Source: Podarcis tiliguerta (lineage: Eukaryota). Taken from it: 64,000 nt of DNA. The DNA is taken from assembly GCA_965153285.1 (NCBI GenBank), contig OZ229119.1. One strand, 5' to 3'. The notes under the pieces were generated by a model, which saw nothing but the letters and a program-made list of their open reading frames with translations, did no database searches and was not told the DNA's origin. The stretch's first letter is position 1; each line of letters opens with the position of its first letter. Shown here in pieces: positions 42,728-57,700 of this stretch. The translations under genes were made by a program, and so were the position numbers.

Positions 42728-45700
42728 TTTATACTGGGCTGAGGCCGTTTAGGGTTTTAAAGGTCAGCAGCAACACTTTCAATTGTGCTCAGAAACGTAC
42801 TGGGAGCCAATGTAGGTGTTTCAGGACTGGTGTTATGTGGTCTTGGCGGCCTCTCCCAGTCACCAGTCTAGCTGCCACACTCTGGATTAGTTGTAGTTTA
42901 TGGGTCACTTTCAAAAGGACTGTCTCTCATATATATTGTACATATGATATTATTAATGCTTTATTATTTATTCCAGTAACATCTTCTGTCCAGTATTCTG
43001 CAACTTATATAGGTTGGCTTCATATGTGCAGTTTGGGTTTCCTTGTGAGTAATGAGAGAGATATCTTTCTTTAGTAGCATTATCTATCTCAAGTAATGTG
43101 CTCCAGCTTCCAGAGCCATTGTACAGCAGGGAGCGCATTGCTTCCAAGAGACCACAGTGGAGAAACAAGTGGTGCAGTTCTTACAGTGGAGTCCTGTGTT
43201 TGTTTACTTGGATGTATGTCATATTGTGTCCGACTATGAAAGAAAATGTTTATTTAGTTTTTGATGACTGCATTTCTACTTTGATCAGAATTTCACTATG
43301 TTAATGATGATATATACTTCTTCCTTCTTTGGCGACCACTCATAGCTGAGTAAGATTGTCTTCCACGAACACGGTCTTTACGGTATGTCCGTAGGTCACT
43401 GTGGAGGCCAATTCTGGATCCACACGTCCTTCCCCAGTGGGGACATCGGTTTCCGGGCAGGAGTTGATCATGGTGAGGGTTTGCCAAATGTGCCTTTCTC
43501 TTAGCTTGTTTCTCTCTTTCATCCTGAGTTTGAGTGTCTTCAAAGTCCATGACACTTTTGGTAAAGGCTGTTCTCCAGTTGTAGTGCTTGCAGGCCAGTG
43601 TTTCCCAGTTGTCTGTGTTTATAATACACTTTTTTTAGATTTGCCTTGAGACTTTAAACCTCTTTTATTGGTCACCAGCGTTAAGCTTTCCATTTTTAAG
43701 TTCGGAGTAGAGTAGTTGCTTTGGAAGACGATAATCTGGAATCCAAACAACATGACCAGTCCAACGAAGTTGATGTTGAAGAATCATTGCTTCAACACTG
43801 GTGATCTTTGCTTCTTCCAGTACACTGGTATTAGTTCACCCATCTTCCCAAGTGAAGTTGTTGTGTAAATTCAATTCCTCCCACTTTACAGACTTCCGCA
43901 GGTATCCCATCAGGTCCACTGGCTTTGTTGTTTTTCATTTGGTTAATAGCTGTACACAGCTCTCCCAGATTTGGAGATACTGCAAGCTCATCTCTAATTT
44001 GTTTTTGTGGAATTTGTGAGAGGACCTTGGCAGCTACGGGGCAGTTGCGGTTAAGGAGATGCTGGTAATGTTTCTTCCAGTTCAATGCAATAGCTTCTTT
44101 ATCTTTTTAGAAGTGTAGTACCATCTGTTGAGTGTAGGGGGCATATGCCATGATTTATTGGCCCATAGATGGTCTTTGTGGCTTTAAAGAAACTCTGTGC
44201 ATCATGAGTGTCTGCTAACTACTGGATCTCTGGAACTTTTTTTTTTTAATCCACCAGGTGTTCTTTAGTTCTCTGGTTCTTCTTTGAACCTCAGACTTAG
44301 CGTTGGCATAGGTTTTTGTCTTAGTTGTGCAGTTTCTATTTCTTTGCCAGATCTGAAAGGCCTTCCTTTTCTTGTCAGTAATGCGTTCAATCTCACTGTT
44401 GAATCTCATCAAATCAGTTCTAGTGTTTCTTGGTTTGGTATCCATTAGTTTGTTCACAGGCTGCAGTAATGGATGTTTATAGCTTGGTCCAGTGTTCCTT
44501 GATGTTATCAGGGAACTCCAAAAGCAGGTGGTCCTTACGAGTCATTTGGAGGCAATCCTGCTTAATAGAATTTGAAGGGCTTGAGTGTTCATTGTGCACC
44601 TTGGTTTCCTCCCTTGAAGCCTGTGTTGAGGTATAATCTTGATAGCCATTGTGGTATGTATTAATTGGTGATCTGTCCAGCAGTCGTTGGCACTCGTCAT
44701 AGCTCTGGTAGGGAGCACATTATGGCAATCTTCAGCTCAATTACATAGTCTAAGAGGTGCCAGTGGTTTGACCGAGGGTGCTTCCATGATATATGCAGAA
44801 GTATGCTCAAGTGAGTTCAGTGGGACTTACTGCAAAGTAAGTGTCCATAGGACTGCATTTTTGCTGTGGCATAAGTGCTTGTGAACTGGAGTCCACTTGG
44901 AGTTAACCTACATACAGGTGCAAAGGCCAGGAACTATACAGCATAGAAATAGGCTTGTGGTATTTCTGTGCAGAGTGTATTTTTATGCAACATAAGAACA
45001 GAGTGACCCATTCACAACAGCAGTGCTTGGGACTGTTTCCATAATATTGTTGTGAATAGATCACTCTGTTCTTAACTTGTAGATGTTTGGGCTCCACATA
45101 GAAATATGACGTATCTCTTGTTATCCTTTCCATTTTTCTGTACCTGAAACCTTTTGTCTGAATCTCTACTTAGCCCTATTGTGTCCAGCGAGGCTTACTC
45201 TCAGACACATTGATCACACTGGCTACAACTCTCCTGCTTCACAATGGGTGCTTTTTTATACTCTCTTGTGTGACTGCAAAATTAATCTCCATACCTTTTT
45301 ATGAAAAGCAGGATCTTGTTCTGAGATCTGAGAGCTCAGGGTGGAATATATGGATAAAATTAACAATATAATATCCCAACCATCTCTTTATTGTTAGAAC
45401 TAATAATGTCAGTTCTGGGATGCAGATGGGGATCTACCTTTAAACAAAAATGTGGCGTGGATTGATAGGTTTCTTGAGGTCCCCAGTCCTTTCATGTATT
45501 TTTAGACCATAGGGATGTGTGGCATAAGGTGTGGAAATTTGAATCTTCAAGGCCTGTTTTGCTTCTCGCATCTGGACAGGCTTGCAAGGTGTTTTGAAGG
45601 CCTTCTGTGAGAACTTTGCCTTGCTGGTGTTTGGAAATCAGGCATTTCCCCTGAAACAGATTGTCTTGATGGCTCCTCACCCTCTCCCCTGCGGAGATGT

Positions 45701-48700
45701 GGACTGTGTGTTACCTCTTCAGTAGTTTTATAGAGGGAATCCTACTGAGTGCACCTGGCATTTATGGACAATTACATCAGGGGCATGTGCAAACCTTTTG
45801 GTATGCTTGAGTTTTTCAAGGGATGGAAATGCACCACTCCTTTTTGGTTTGTAGAGGAGTTTGTGCCTAAGAAATGAAACCGTTTCCCATAGTGGAAACA
45901 AGTGTGCAAAAGAACTGAAGCCCAAGAAGAGAACCTTGAAAGATGGGCACCAACTTTGTGAGCATGTGAACAAAGACAAAAGTTTAGAAGATGGTTACAT
46001 GTGGCTGGCATGGAGATGCTCAAGAGATGGTACTGGGGCCAGACAACTTAGTTCCTTCTGAGTCCCCTGTAGGACAGAGTTCTCTAGGGTGAAGGCTTAT
46101 AAAGGAGAAACTTGAACACTAACAAATCACAGTTTCCTTTGGAGCCCTTGCAAGTGGGTACAGAGTACCGTAAGTAAACTGACGTTGTGAGCCAAATACA
46201 AAAATTGAGAACACCAAAACCTGAACCGAGCATCAGTTCTAATTGGAGATTCCTCTAAAAGTGTGTGTGTCAGACTGACTGAGGTTGTAATTGGGGGTGG
46301 GGAGCACTGTTCTCTGGTGCATCTGTTGCCTTTTAAGGATACCTATTTATCTTTACCTATGATCCGCTTCCTTATTTGTAAATAATACAAACATTACAAA
46401 GGCACTAGAGCTCTGCAGCTGGACCTCTGGATTCTGCACACAGGTCTGATGCTGTCTCACCTTGTATGTTGTTTCTTTATATTGGAAAACCTTATTTAAT
46501 GAGTAAAGGAAGTGAAGATAATGGATGCTGATGGGTGAAATCTAAAGACCTTTTGGTAACTGTGATGTGTTTAACTGTGGTTTGAATTAAACAGTCTTCT
46601 TCCAGCTGCTGATATTCACAACATTTCTGACAGTTAACTATACATCACACATTCTCATGTCTATTTAATCTAAACATTACTGTTTTTAGGAGAGTCCAGA
46701 ACTAAACCGCAGTGCCGGAAGCAAAGTAACAATCTAGCACCTCCACCCTTAACACATTTATTTGCAAGCAATTCACACTGATTTCATTGGGATCCATTTC
46801 CAGGTAATTGTGCTCAGAATCTCAGCCTAATGTGATATGGACTTCAGTTCTATGCTCAGTGTAACCTGGTTCTCATTCATGGGGTCTCCCACTTGAGGCA
46901 GCAGGTGGGGGCTCATATGGCCAAATGCTGCTGCATAAAAACTTACCTCGATGGTCAGGAGCCCTTTCAGCCAGAAACCTTTGAGCTGAAAGACCTAGGG
47001 ACAGTTCACTTTGAGCCAGATTCTCCTGGTGCAATGCCAAGGGTCTCATCTTCTCTAGTGCTTGCTTGCCAGCATATGAAATGCACCAGGCAGGAGTTGA
47101 AAGAGGGGCTTTGAGTCCTCTTCTAAAGCTCTTCAGGAAGGGGGCAGAGCTTGGGAGGGGGTAGTCAGGCCCAGGAATAAGGATCCCTTCAAGCTAAGAA
47201 CATGTTGGAACTAGTCATGTGCTCTGTGTGATCTGTCCAGAGTACTGAAGGACTTGCTGTAGATTTTCCTTTCCTTTCGGTTTAAGGATTATTAATCTCG
47301 ACATGTAGACCCTGACTGTTTGTTTTGCCTGCTTTTCATTTCTGCTCCAGACGGTTCTTTTGGACTGCTTCCTGCCAACTCTTCCCAGTCTTGGCAGGCT
47401 AGGACACTCCTTAACATCTAGCATTTTTGTTTTCTGAGAATCATGTGAACCCTCACCCTGACTGCAGTCAGAAGTAGTCCAGCAGACACATAGGTTTGCT
47501 ACTTCAGTGAGAGTTAAACTTTACTAAGGAAAGGGACGCGGGTGGCACTGTGGGTAAAAGCCTCAGTGCCTAGGACTTGCCGATCGAAAGGTCGGCGGTT
47601 CGAATCCCCGCGGTGGGGTGCGCTCCCGTTGCTCAGTCCCAGCACCTGCCAACCTAGCAGTTCAAAAGCACCCCCGGGTGCAAGTAGATAAATAGGGACC
47701 GCTTGCTGGCGGGAAGGTAAACGGCGTTTCCGTGTGCTGCGCTGGCTCACCAGATGCAGCTTTGTCACGCTGGCCACGTGACCCGGAAGTGTCTCCGGAC
47801 AGCGCTGGCCCCCGGCCTCTTAAGTGAGATGGGCGCACAACCCTAGAGTCGGACACGACTGGCCCGTACGGGCAGGGGTACCTTTACCTTTACCTTTAAG
47901 GAAAAGTCTAGAGACAGTTTTATAAATGATGGTGTTTTAAATTATTCCAGGTGAATAAAGCTAGATGTGATTTTGAGGATCCTTGTTTCACAGCTCTTTA
48001 AATTTATTTTAAAAGTAGGCCTTGAAGCAACACCACGGCACCAGGTGTTTTTCCCCCTATCCCATTTTCCTGATCTGAATTTGGCCCAGTACATTGTGGA
48101 AAACAGCACAGGAGAAAATACTTTTGACTCTGCCCTTAGCAGCATGGCCCTGCTGATCCAGAGGGGAGGACGTGGACCAACAGAGTCATATTACAAGGAA
48201 GGGGATTCCTGATAAACACTGGGAAGAACTTTCTGGTGGCAAGAGCCATTTGACAGTGGAACAGACCCCCTCAGAAGCTGACACTCTCCTTTTTAAGCAG
48301 TGGTTGTATGGCCATCTGTCAGGGATTCTGTCACTGTGATTTCTGCATTCCAGGGAGTTGGACTCGGTGACCCTTGGTGTACCTTGCAACTCTACGATTC
48401 TGTAACTTTGGGGACCCCACTTCTTAAAGAAAGTTTAAAAGGAAAAAAAAATCCACTTATGGGTTTCTAGCGTCTCATACAGTTGGTCCTGAGTTTCTAA
48501 TCTGAGATCCCCTATCAAATTAATTAAGATTCAGAACACCAAATGGAAACTCACAATTTAAATATCCAAAGTTTTGTGAGGGGATTAGAAAACAAGCACA
48601 TTCCTAGATGATACAGAAGCATATTTCTATCACATTCATACACTACTTAAATGTCCTTGTCTTTTTGTGTGTCAGCAGTTGGGGATTAATTTTGTGTTGG

Positions 48701-51700
48701 CTTCAGAAACCATACAGTAGCCAAAGAAAAGCCTATGACATGACACTTCTAACCTTTGATTACATGGCTTATGCTCTCCTGGATTTCTGAGCAAGCGTGC
48801 GAGTGCTAACTTCATCTTTCATTATTGCAAATAATTGCATCATTCTGTGTATAGCACAGGTGCTATGCAGCAGCTACTACATGGCTCCCAGGTTACCTGA
48901 TTCCACCATTTGTATGATCTTTTTCTGTGCATGGATCAATGAGCAGTTTCTCAGGCAGTCTTGGCACTGTTTTAGGCTGTAATCCTAATCCCATTTACCT
49001 GGGAGTAAATCCCATTGAATTCAATAGGATTTACTTCTAAGCAGACATGGTTTGGATTCCACTCTTAGTTGTCACATTTTATTGGCAGTTGGAATTTACA
49101 GTTGTTATATTTTTTGTTGTAGTCCAGCTTAGGATCATGAACTGATGAAGGGTGAGACAGAAAGGGAAGCAAAAGCAACAATAATTTATACTTAATTGGA
49201 CGCAGGACATCTTCCCTATAATTCAGTTATGCTACCAGTTTTACCACCATCACAAATAAACTCCCTGAATTGAAAAGCTACCAAGGGTGGAAGTTTCCTT
49301 GTGAAAGAGATAAAGGCCAATGAAAATTGGCTCAGGTTGGTCTGATTTCCTGCTGTATTTCAATTCTTGCTCCCCTGCACTAAATTCACCAACCTCCTTT
49401 CCTAGCGACAATAGCTCATTAGATTAGTTGAGTATTCATGGAGATTTTCATCTTCTGAGTCATACAACTCTTTTATTCCCTAAAGAATTTCTTGTGTAAG
49501 AAAGGAATTTCATGTCTTTGTAGTTTTAGCTGGGTTTGTTGAAGCAGTTTCTGAAGTTTTCTTGTAATACCTGGGGAGCCAGGTCACAGATTTACTCCCG
49601 TTTCTCAAGAAAATTGATCCCTTTTGGTGCTTCTCCCATGGTGGTTTTATTCAGATATTTTCTTAATCTTTTTAACCTCTTCCTTTCAATAACATCTTCA
49701 CTTGGCTGCTTAGCGTGTTTCCCAGAAGCTAGATGTGCATATTTTAGTTTAATTCTTTGAATGAACCAAAGTCATTTACTATTAGTATGTGGCTTCCAGG
49801 CTTGTCCCATCAGGTTTCCATCACTCAGTTGTTATATAAGAGAAAGCTAAAGTTACAACTATATTGGCCCATTTAGCAATTGGTGAAGAATGCTTTTATG
49901 CCCATTATGCACACTCTTTTTCTCTTTCATGACATTTTTCAGGGAGGGGGGAAGCAGATAAAATTCAGATAGGTCGGAATACCAGAATTTTAGTGTGTTT
50001 TTCTTTGCAAGGCTGAGTGATTTGAGGATGATACATCTTGACATGTGAGTTCCGGAAATGTATGGAGTGATTGTAATGTGAGCAAGGCTGGCTTATGCAA
50101 GGAATTTTCCATGGATGTATATCTCCGGTTGTAGAAGGTGACTGCACTTAGCTGTTATTAGTTATCAGTTGTGTGATATATTTGAACATCCTTGAGTTTG
50201 AGATGATCATGCCACAGGTAACAATATTTCCAGATGTACTTTTAACCCTCTGTTGAAAGTGCCGATAGAAAAATTTACTGTATCAATCTGGTTTGGGGCT
50301 CAAATATACCCCAAGAAAGCCATAAAAATAAAATAACTGGGGGAAGATATTAAGCATGATACCATATGCAAGAATGATAGTATGCCTTTGCTGAAAAATG
50401 TCCTTTTCCATCAAAACAAAAGGGGGGAAATCATTGGGTCAACTGTATCTCACCTACAAGAACAGGGTGTGATCCCATGGGTTATCAAAAACATATTATA
50501 CCCTTAACATACATATAACATAACCGTTACATAACTATAACAGTGCAATGATCTTGACTTGCAAATTACTTGTAAGAAAAATAACAAAGCTCACAGACCT
50601 TGCAACCAACCATACTGTTCAAGTCACTAACACACAATTACCACACTTCACAACTGCATGGGTAGGAGATACAAAATAGGTTGCATGAAGCACGTCATTG
50701 CAGCCATTTTCTGTCACAGAGATGATATCCTGACTGATGGTATACTGGTGATCAGTTGTTTTATTCTGTTCAGAAGCCTGGAGGCCACTAATGCATAACC
50801 CAGTGCAAATGCTGGCAATCAGCTGATTGTCCAGGCTTGCAGAGCGCTATATATCATTGTGATGTCAGGTGACTGACAGTTGTGTGGCCCGCCCACCTGT
50901 CAAACCTGACCTGTTTGGGAGATAAGGATCCCTCCTGCCGGCCAGCTAGACCCACTTTCACACCCCTGTTCCACACAGATCATTTTGTGCAAAGTACCCT
51001 TTCCCTCTACTCCCATTCCAATACTTGGATGAAAGGCTGCTTTTTACTCTTAAAGAGCAGGCAGACTGTGTTATCTCTGATCTTGAAATGTCTCTCCTAC
51101 TGGTTTTTGTTTTTTTACAAGCAAAGGAATTTTATCTCCTGATCAAATTAGGAGATAAAGCTGTAGGTGCTGGCAGGCCACTTCCTGCAGCTTGCTGGGC
51201 CAGATCCAGCTGCCCCTGGACTGAAACCTTCCATGTTGTACATACCTGCATTCTCAGTAGATATTTGCAGGAAAAATCTAAGTCATCTGGGGCCAGAGAA
51301 CTTTGGGGAACAACTTCTCCCATGTAAATCCTTCGTACAATAAGATCATTTCACAGGGCCCTAATTCATCAGAAGTTTGGGGCTGGTGTATACATACATG
51401 TGGGACACGGGTGGCACTGTGGGTTAAACCGCAGAGCCTAGGACTTGCCGATCAGAAGGTTGGCGGTTCGAATCCCCGTGACGGAGTGAGCTCCCATTGC
51501 TCAGTCCCTGCTCCTGCCAACCTAGCAGTTCGAAAGCACGTCAAAAGTGCAAGTAGATAATTAGGTACCGCTCCAGCGGGAAGGTAAACGCCGTTTCCGT
51601 GCGCTGCTCTGGTTCGCCAGAAGTGGCTTAGTTATGCTGGCCACATGACCCAGAAGTTGTACACCGGCTCCCTCAGCCAATAAAGCGAGATGAGCGCCGC

Positions 51701-54700
51701 AACCCCAGAGTCGGCCACGACTGGACCTAATGGTCAGGGGTCCCTTTACCTTTATATATACACGCAGCGAAATATAGTGGTTCACGCTGCAAGGTGATTC
51801 ATTGGGCTGCGTTGTTTCAGATGGTAGATAGAAGTTCACATTTCTTTTCAGAGCTCCTCTATATTAAAGAATCCTCTCAAGTAGAAAGCTAGCATGGCAA
51901 TCAAAATATTAGGCTATAATCTTTCTCCCTCATGAGCTATTCTTCAATTGTAGGGAGTTTCCTATGTGGAACAGCATCAAGGGGTGTATCTGCCACCTTG
52001 GTATATGCCATTCTTCCACTGCAAATCTAGACTTAGCCACAGGTAGTGGTAATAAGGATCAGAGTATCCTTATGGTGGCGGCTTCATCCCTGAGCAATTC
52101 CCTCTGGAAAAAAAACAACAGTGAAAGCTGTGTTGTTTGGGGTGGCTTACTATATCAGGAGTACTGTATTTTGTGCATGCGGCTGCTACATGTTCTATTT
52201 GTTTTTAATTGATACCCTATCTTTTATGTGTATATGTGTGCGTATTTAAACAGTTTAAGTTGTTTTATACGTCTTTGATGGATCTGCTTTCAGAACAAAA
52301 GGCAGGTTTTTAAGGTTGTTTTTTTTAAAAAAATCCATGTGGAATTTTCATTCTCCTGTTTACACTTTTTGACAGATTCCTCTTTGAGTAGCCTCTTATA
52401 AGAGACTAATATTACTTGAATCAGATACAAACTGAAATGTTTGAATCTGGGAATGGTATTACATACAAGTCTAGTGTTAATTTCTTATTTTTCATGGTTA
52501 ATGTTAAAAAAAATCAGCTGAACCAAAAGCAGTTAAAACAACTTCAGTTGCAACAGATAATGTTCCGTTTCTTAAAGTTTAGTGGTGATCTATCTTTAAA
52601 AACCTACATTGGCCTGGATAAATTGATTTTCTTTCCCTATCAGCAGGTGGAGACAGGAACATAGACAATGCTTTTTATAGCATGGTTGCTAGCTTTCGTT
52701 TAAAAATGTAGGCAGTTGCCACCAGATGGAAGCAGCTCCATGCTAGCTATTTTGAGATTTTTCTAAAGCTTCCAGATTATGCTACATAAATTGCTCCTTT
52801 ACCTAAATTCTGCTAAGTCCTTCACATGAATACAAGTTGTTTATTTGAACAGGTCCATCATGGGAATGAGTAACTAGCATTGTATGTGATAACTCACTTT
52901 TTGAATCCCTTCTCTGATGTGATACTGGGGCCATTAGTACATAACTCTGTAGAAACTCTTCTGTACATTTTCATTTTCTTCACTCCTTCAGGGTAAGAAC
53001 AGAAAAATGGATAAGATTTTAAAAAGCTTCATGATGTTTCATGTTTGACAATGGAAAGGAAACTGGGGAAAGAAATGTTCCTCCTTGCTTTGACCTCTAG
53101 AAGTAACCCAACTGCCGTAGATAAAGTTATACAATCTTCTTGAATAATTAGTGCAGAAAATTTATCCGTTATTTTTTACACTATTATCATGTGAGGTGGC
53201 TTTTTCTTAGTCCCCTCATGATAGCCATCTTCTGTATTGCAAGTAGCAATGACTCATTTTCTTAATTTCTAATTAATGTGGTTGACTTCCATAATCAATC
53301 TTGATTACAGATGCCATCATCTACTATTCTCCCTTGTTAATTTTGGGGAACCACATTTGCTGAACTGTTAAACAAAAAGAGACAACACTAGGGTTGCCAT
53401 ACGACAGGAATTTCCTGGACATAGCTGGGATTTGGTCGTCAGAAACAGTGTCCGACTTAAATGTCGGACTTAAATGTCCAGGAAAAAACAGGCGCATGGC
53501 CACTTTAACCTTTTGAAATACAGTGGTACCTCGGGTTAAGAACTTAATTCTTTCTGGAGGTCCGTTCTTAACTTGAAACTGTTCTTAACCTGACGTACCG
53601 CTTTAGCTAATGGCGCCTCCCACTGCCGCCGCCCCGCGATTTCTGTTCTCCTGAAGCAAAGTTCTTAACCCAAGGTACTATTTCTGGGTTAGCGGAGTCT
53701 GTAACCTGAAGCGTCTGTAACCCGAGGTACCACTGTATGGCAACCATTAATTGTTGGTTAACTGTTATTAAGGGTGTTGCTGGTAGTATGATTAACAGGC
53801 AACATTGCCCATTGTATAGACACTCACTACTTTTGTTTCTTTATCATCTCTCATCACCACACTTAAGAATTTGTTGGGCTAACTATTCTTACTCAGTTTG
53901 CATGTTTTTGTCTCTGATGCTTAGAATTCAATTTGAGATTGCAAAGGTGTGCACATATGCTTGAAATGATTCCCATGGAACTCACTGGGACTGCCTTCTG
54001 AATAAAAATGTAATGGGCCACTTGGCCTAGGACCCAGCTAACACAGAGTATACCCCAAACTCAGCCCCTTCCCCTTTCCCCCTAGCTACCACCAGACAAG
54101 GAGTCAAATATTTCCACAAGGCTTCCCCTTATCAATCGGTTTCCAAATATCCCTGTGATTTCTCTAAGTAGCGAGTTCTATAGCTTCTACATGTTATATA
54201 TTCCTGTTACATGAGGAGTACAAAGAGAAAAGTAGCTGCTTCTTTAAAATTGCACAGGGTTCTCTGGGACAAAAGGCACTGGAAATCAAGATTGTCTCTG
54301 CTAAATTAGAGGACAGTTGGAGAGTAAAAAAAAACAGCATTAGATAAGCTATATTTTTTGAGTTAGATGGGTTTCAAGTGATGAATCCATGTATTCTAAA
54401 TGCTTTCCCTTTGAATCAGTATGGCTAAGAAGTGCTTGACTTTGGCTACTGCATACACCTAGTGGCTGTGCCGTGTGATGGCAACATGCAAAATAATCTA
54501 AGGTTGCATTTATGTGAATGAAAAATTTACTTACAAAATTAGGTTTGTCATTGATTTAAATGATAGGATTTCATGTTTCACATGTGTTGTGTTGATAGGG
54601 TAGTGTAGACTTAAATATCTGCAGAGGGTCCTATAGATGGTGTTTTAATATGGACAATATTAACTATAGAAGCTGCTGCAGTTTTATAGCATCCTGGAGC

Positions 54701-57700
54701 TAGTGAGTAATTCATTAAAAAAAAATAAACATGGGCAGCGTGACAGGTTTTGTTTTGTTTTTCAGTTGAACTGCTTTTTGGGATAGTAACAAAACTATTA
54801 TTCAACACTGAATGTTTTTGGATTGAGGTTACCAGGTCACCAGTAAATTTTTAAAAACTATTTCATACATTTTTGAATGGCACTTCAAAATTACAGCTTA
54901 GGGTTATACTTCTACACAGTGCCATTGGGATCCTTTGATATTTATGACCTACAACTGACTTATATTTTAAGTTCTATTTTCAAAAATCTTCCCTGTGATT
55001 TAAAGTAACACAAGAGATAAAACAGAAGGGGACGAGGTGAATATAATGCTTTCGCAGAAATGAAGCGGGTTCACCCTAAGCTGTAAAGTATGTAATTAAT
55101 GGTAGAAACTTCACTGGCAAGATACAGGGTACCTCAGGTTAAGTACTTAATTCGTTCTGGAGGTCTGTTCTTAACCTGAAACTTGTTCTTAACCTGAAGC
55201 ACCACTTTAGCTAATGGGCCATCGGAGCACAATTTCTGTTCTCATCCTGAAGCAAAGTTCTTAACCTGAGGTAATATTTCTGGATTAGCGGAGTCTGTAA
55301 CCTGAAGCATATGTAACATGAAGCATATGTAACCCGAGGTACCACTGTATTCCCTCCCAACAACAGGATTAGTGCATTTGTATAATAAATAGAAGTTAAT
55401 ATATTGGGGTGAACATAATTTTACTGTCACCAGTTCTGATACATTTTGAAGACTGGCAGATGCTGGTAGAGTTTATTAAATATATTATAATTGTGATAGT
55501 ATTGTACGTATTGATGTGTTTAATCTCTGAAAAGAATCAGAGGATATTTTCATTCCCCAAGGGTGTCTAAATTGCTCTTGTCAATCTCACTTTTCTGAGC
55601 AAACCACATGTAAAATCTTGCATTTTTAAGTCCCTTTTAAAACAAGTGTTATCCTACTGAGAACTGAGCCAAAGAAATGAATCCTGACAAACTACTTTTG
55701 TTAGATCTCTTAGCACATTCATCAGAAAGGGAAGTGAAGAAAGAAATATAATCCCTACAGTTTTTATTTCCTTATTATTGAAAGGAGAGAGAGAGAGAAA
55801 TGGGATTTCCTCATAAAGTTTGAGATTCAGAAATGTAGCTAAAATTTATGCAGGTTATCCCCGCTCCCCACAAGTACAATTCCCAATTTTGCCTCCTTGT
55901 GCTGCTTCCAATGTTGTCAATTCATCTCCAGACATAAACTACCTTCATGTTCTTAGTCTGAAACCTCTCAAGACGATTACTTTGCAGCATATTTTCCAGT
56001 GGTAGCCATTGACAGTGCTGTTGCTGGAGAGATTAAGGACCTTGTTAGATCAGAGCAAAGGCGTCTCTAGCCCACCATCCTATTTCCTGCAGTGATCAAC
56101 CAAATACCTTTGAGGAGCCAGCAAAGAGGACAGGGACTGATGGATCACCTTTTTCTGTTTGATGCCAGACAGTTCCATCCCATTTTGTTGCTGGTTGTTT
56201 TTTTTTAAAGCTATACAAAAAAGTCATGAACTTATGAAGGTCTTTGAGGATCCCATGGAGGAGGCAACAGCTATGTGCTCTCACTTGTGTTAGGTCATAT
56301 TTACTTCATGACTTGTTCCACTTATCCAGCACGCTTCTTCAGCAAACCACGAGTCATCTCACAGATGAGCAGGCAAGCAAGCCATGGTTTGTTTCTCCCA
56401 AAGCTTATTTTGTTTTCTAGCTACTCTTCTTGACTTGTGTTTTTGTAGCCTGACAAACAGTTGTGGCCAGGTGGTAAAACAAACCATTGTTAAGCAAGGC
56501 TGTTGGGTTTGGACATAATGCCAAACCATAGTTTTTAAAAAAGCTATGGTTCATAAGACAACAACAAACACCATGGTTTGTTGCCATAAAACAAGCATTG
56601 ATTAACCTGCTGGACTGAGTTTGCATATTAGTGCTTTCCTCACTAAATGTACTGGAAAATAGATTCACAATGAGACAGATTACATTTATATGGTCAATAT
56701 GGATTCACTCTTCTATATTTCCAAGCTATAATGCAGTCCATGCCTTGAAAGAGCAGATGCCTTACTGACAAAGAAACTGAATAAGAAATAGAAAATGATT
56801 TTTTTTTTTTTTTGCAGTGGAGTATTTTTTGCAGTACAATTTTTCAGCTGATTTCATGTTCATAATGTGGATGGGGTAATATATATATATATTTCTTTAT
56901 GCCTTTGCAGGGGACAAAAGTAAGAGGCTGCAAGTAAGGCAGATGAGCAACTGATTATCAGTATCAGAACTGGAAAGAAACTCATCCATCTTCTAGTTCT
57001 TTTGAACAATATAACTTTTCCCATAAGACAGAGATTGCTCCAGTCTTTTCATTTCACCTTTGAAGTTTGCCTCTTGTTGTGTGGTGAAGGATGTTCTCTT
57101 TGAGGATTTCTTCAGCACTGAACTAGTCTTCCTCCCCAAATGATAAAGGCATTCTTCTTCCAAAGTGCTGTTGTCAGTTTATAGCAATAAAGTACCGGTC
57201 CAAACCAGAAGCAATTATTAGGGATACTTTATCCTCCTGGAAGATGTGAATGTTTGTGGAAGATTATGTTCTCTGGCTCCTTTCCATTGGCTTGGCAGGA
57301 ATAGAGGAATCTTTAGAGTTTATGTCTCAAGATGTTTTGTGTTGTCCAGTCATTTTAGTCTGCATCTTCTTCAGAGAGCCCAGATGACCCTGCTCTTCTC
57401 ATTCTGATGTAATTAGTAGATACTCTTAGGCTGTGATCCTAAATAATTAGTTTTACGTAGCTGGGTAAGAATGAGGCACAGTCTTTCCATTAGTTTCTAC
57501 ACATGGGCTATATTGACTCCCCAGTGAGATTTTTTGGTCTTAGAACACTCTGCATGGAAGTGGCTGGAAGATATGAAACTTAATTTAGTGTGTTTCTTTA
57601 TTCAAGTTTTTTTTTATGAGTCCTTTTAAAATACACTCTTCTTTCTGTTTTTCATCTTGTTTTAACTTGGTTTCAATTACATCCGAAACAGATTGTATTC

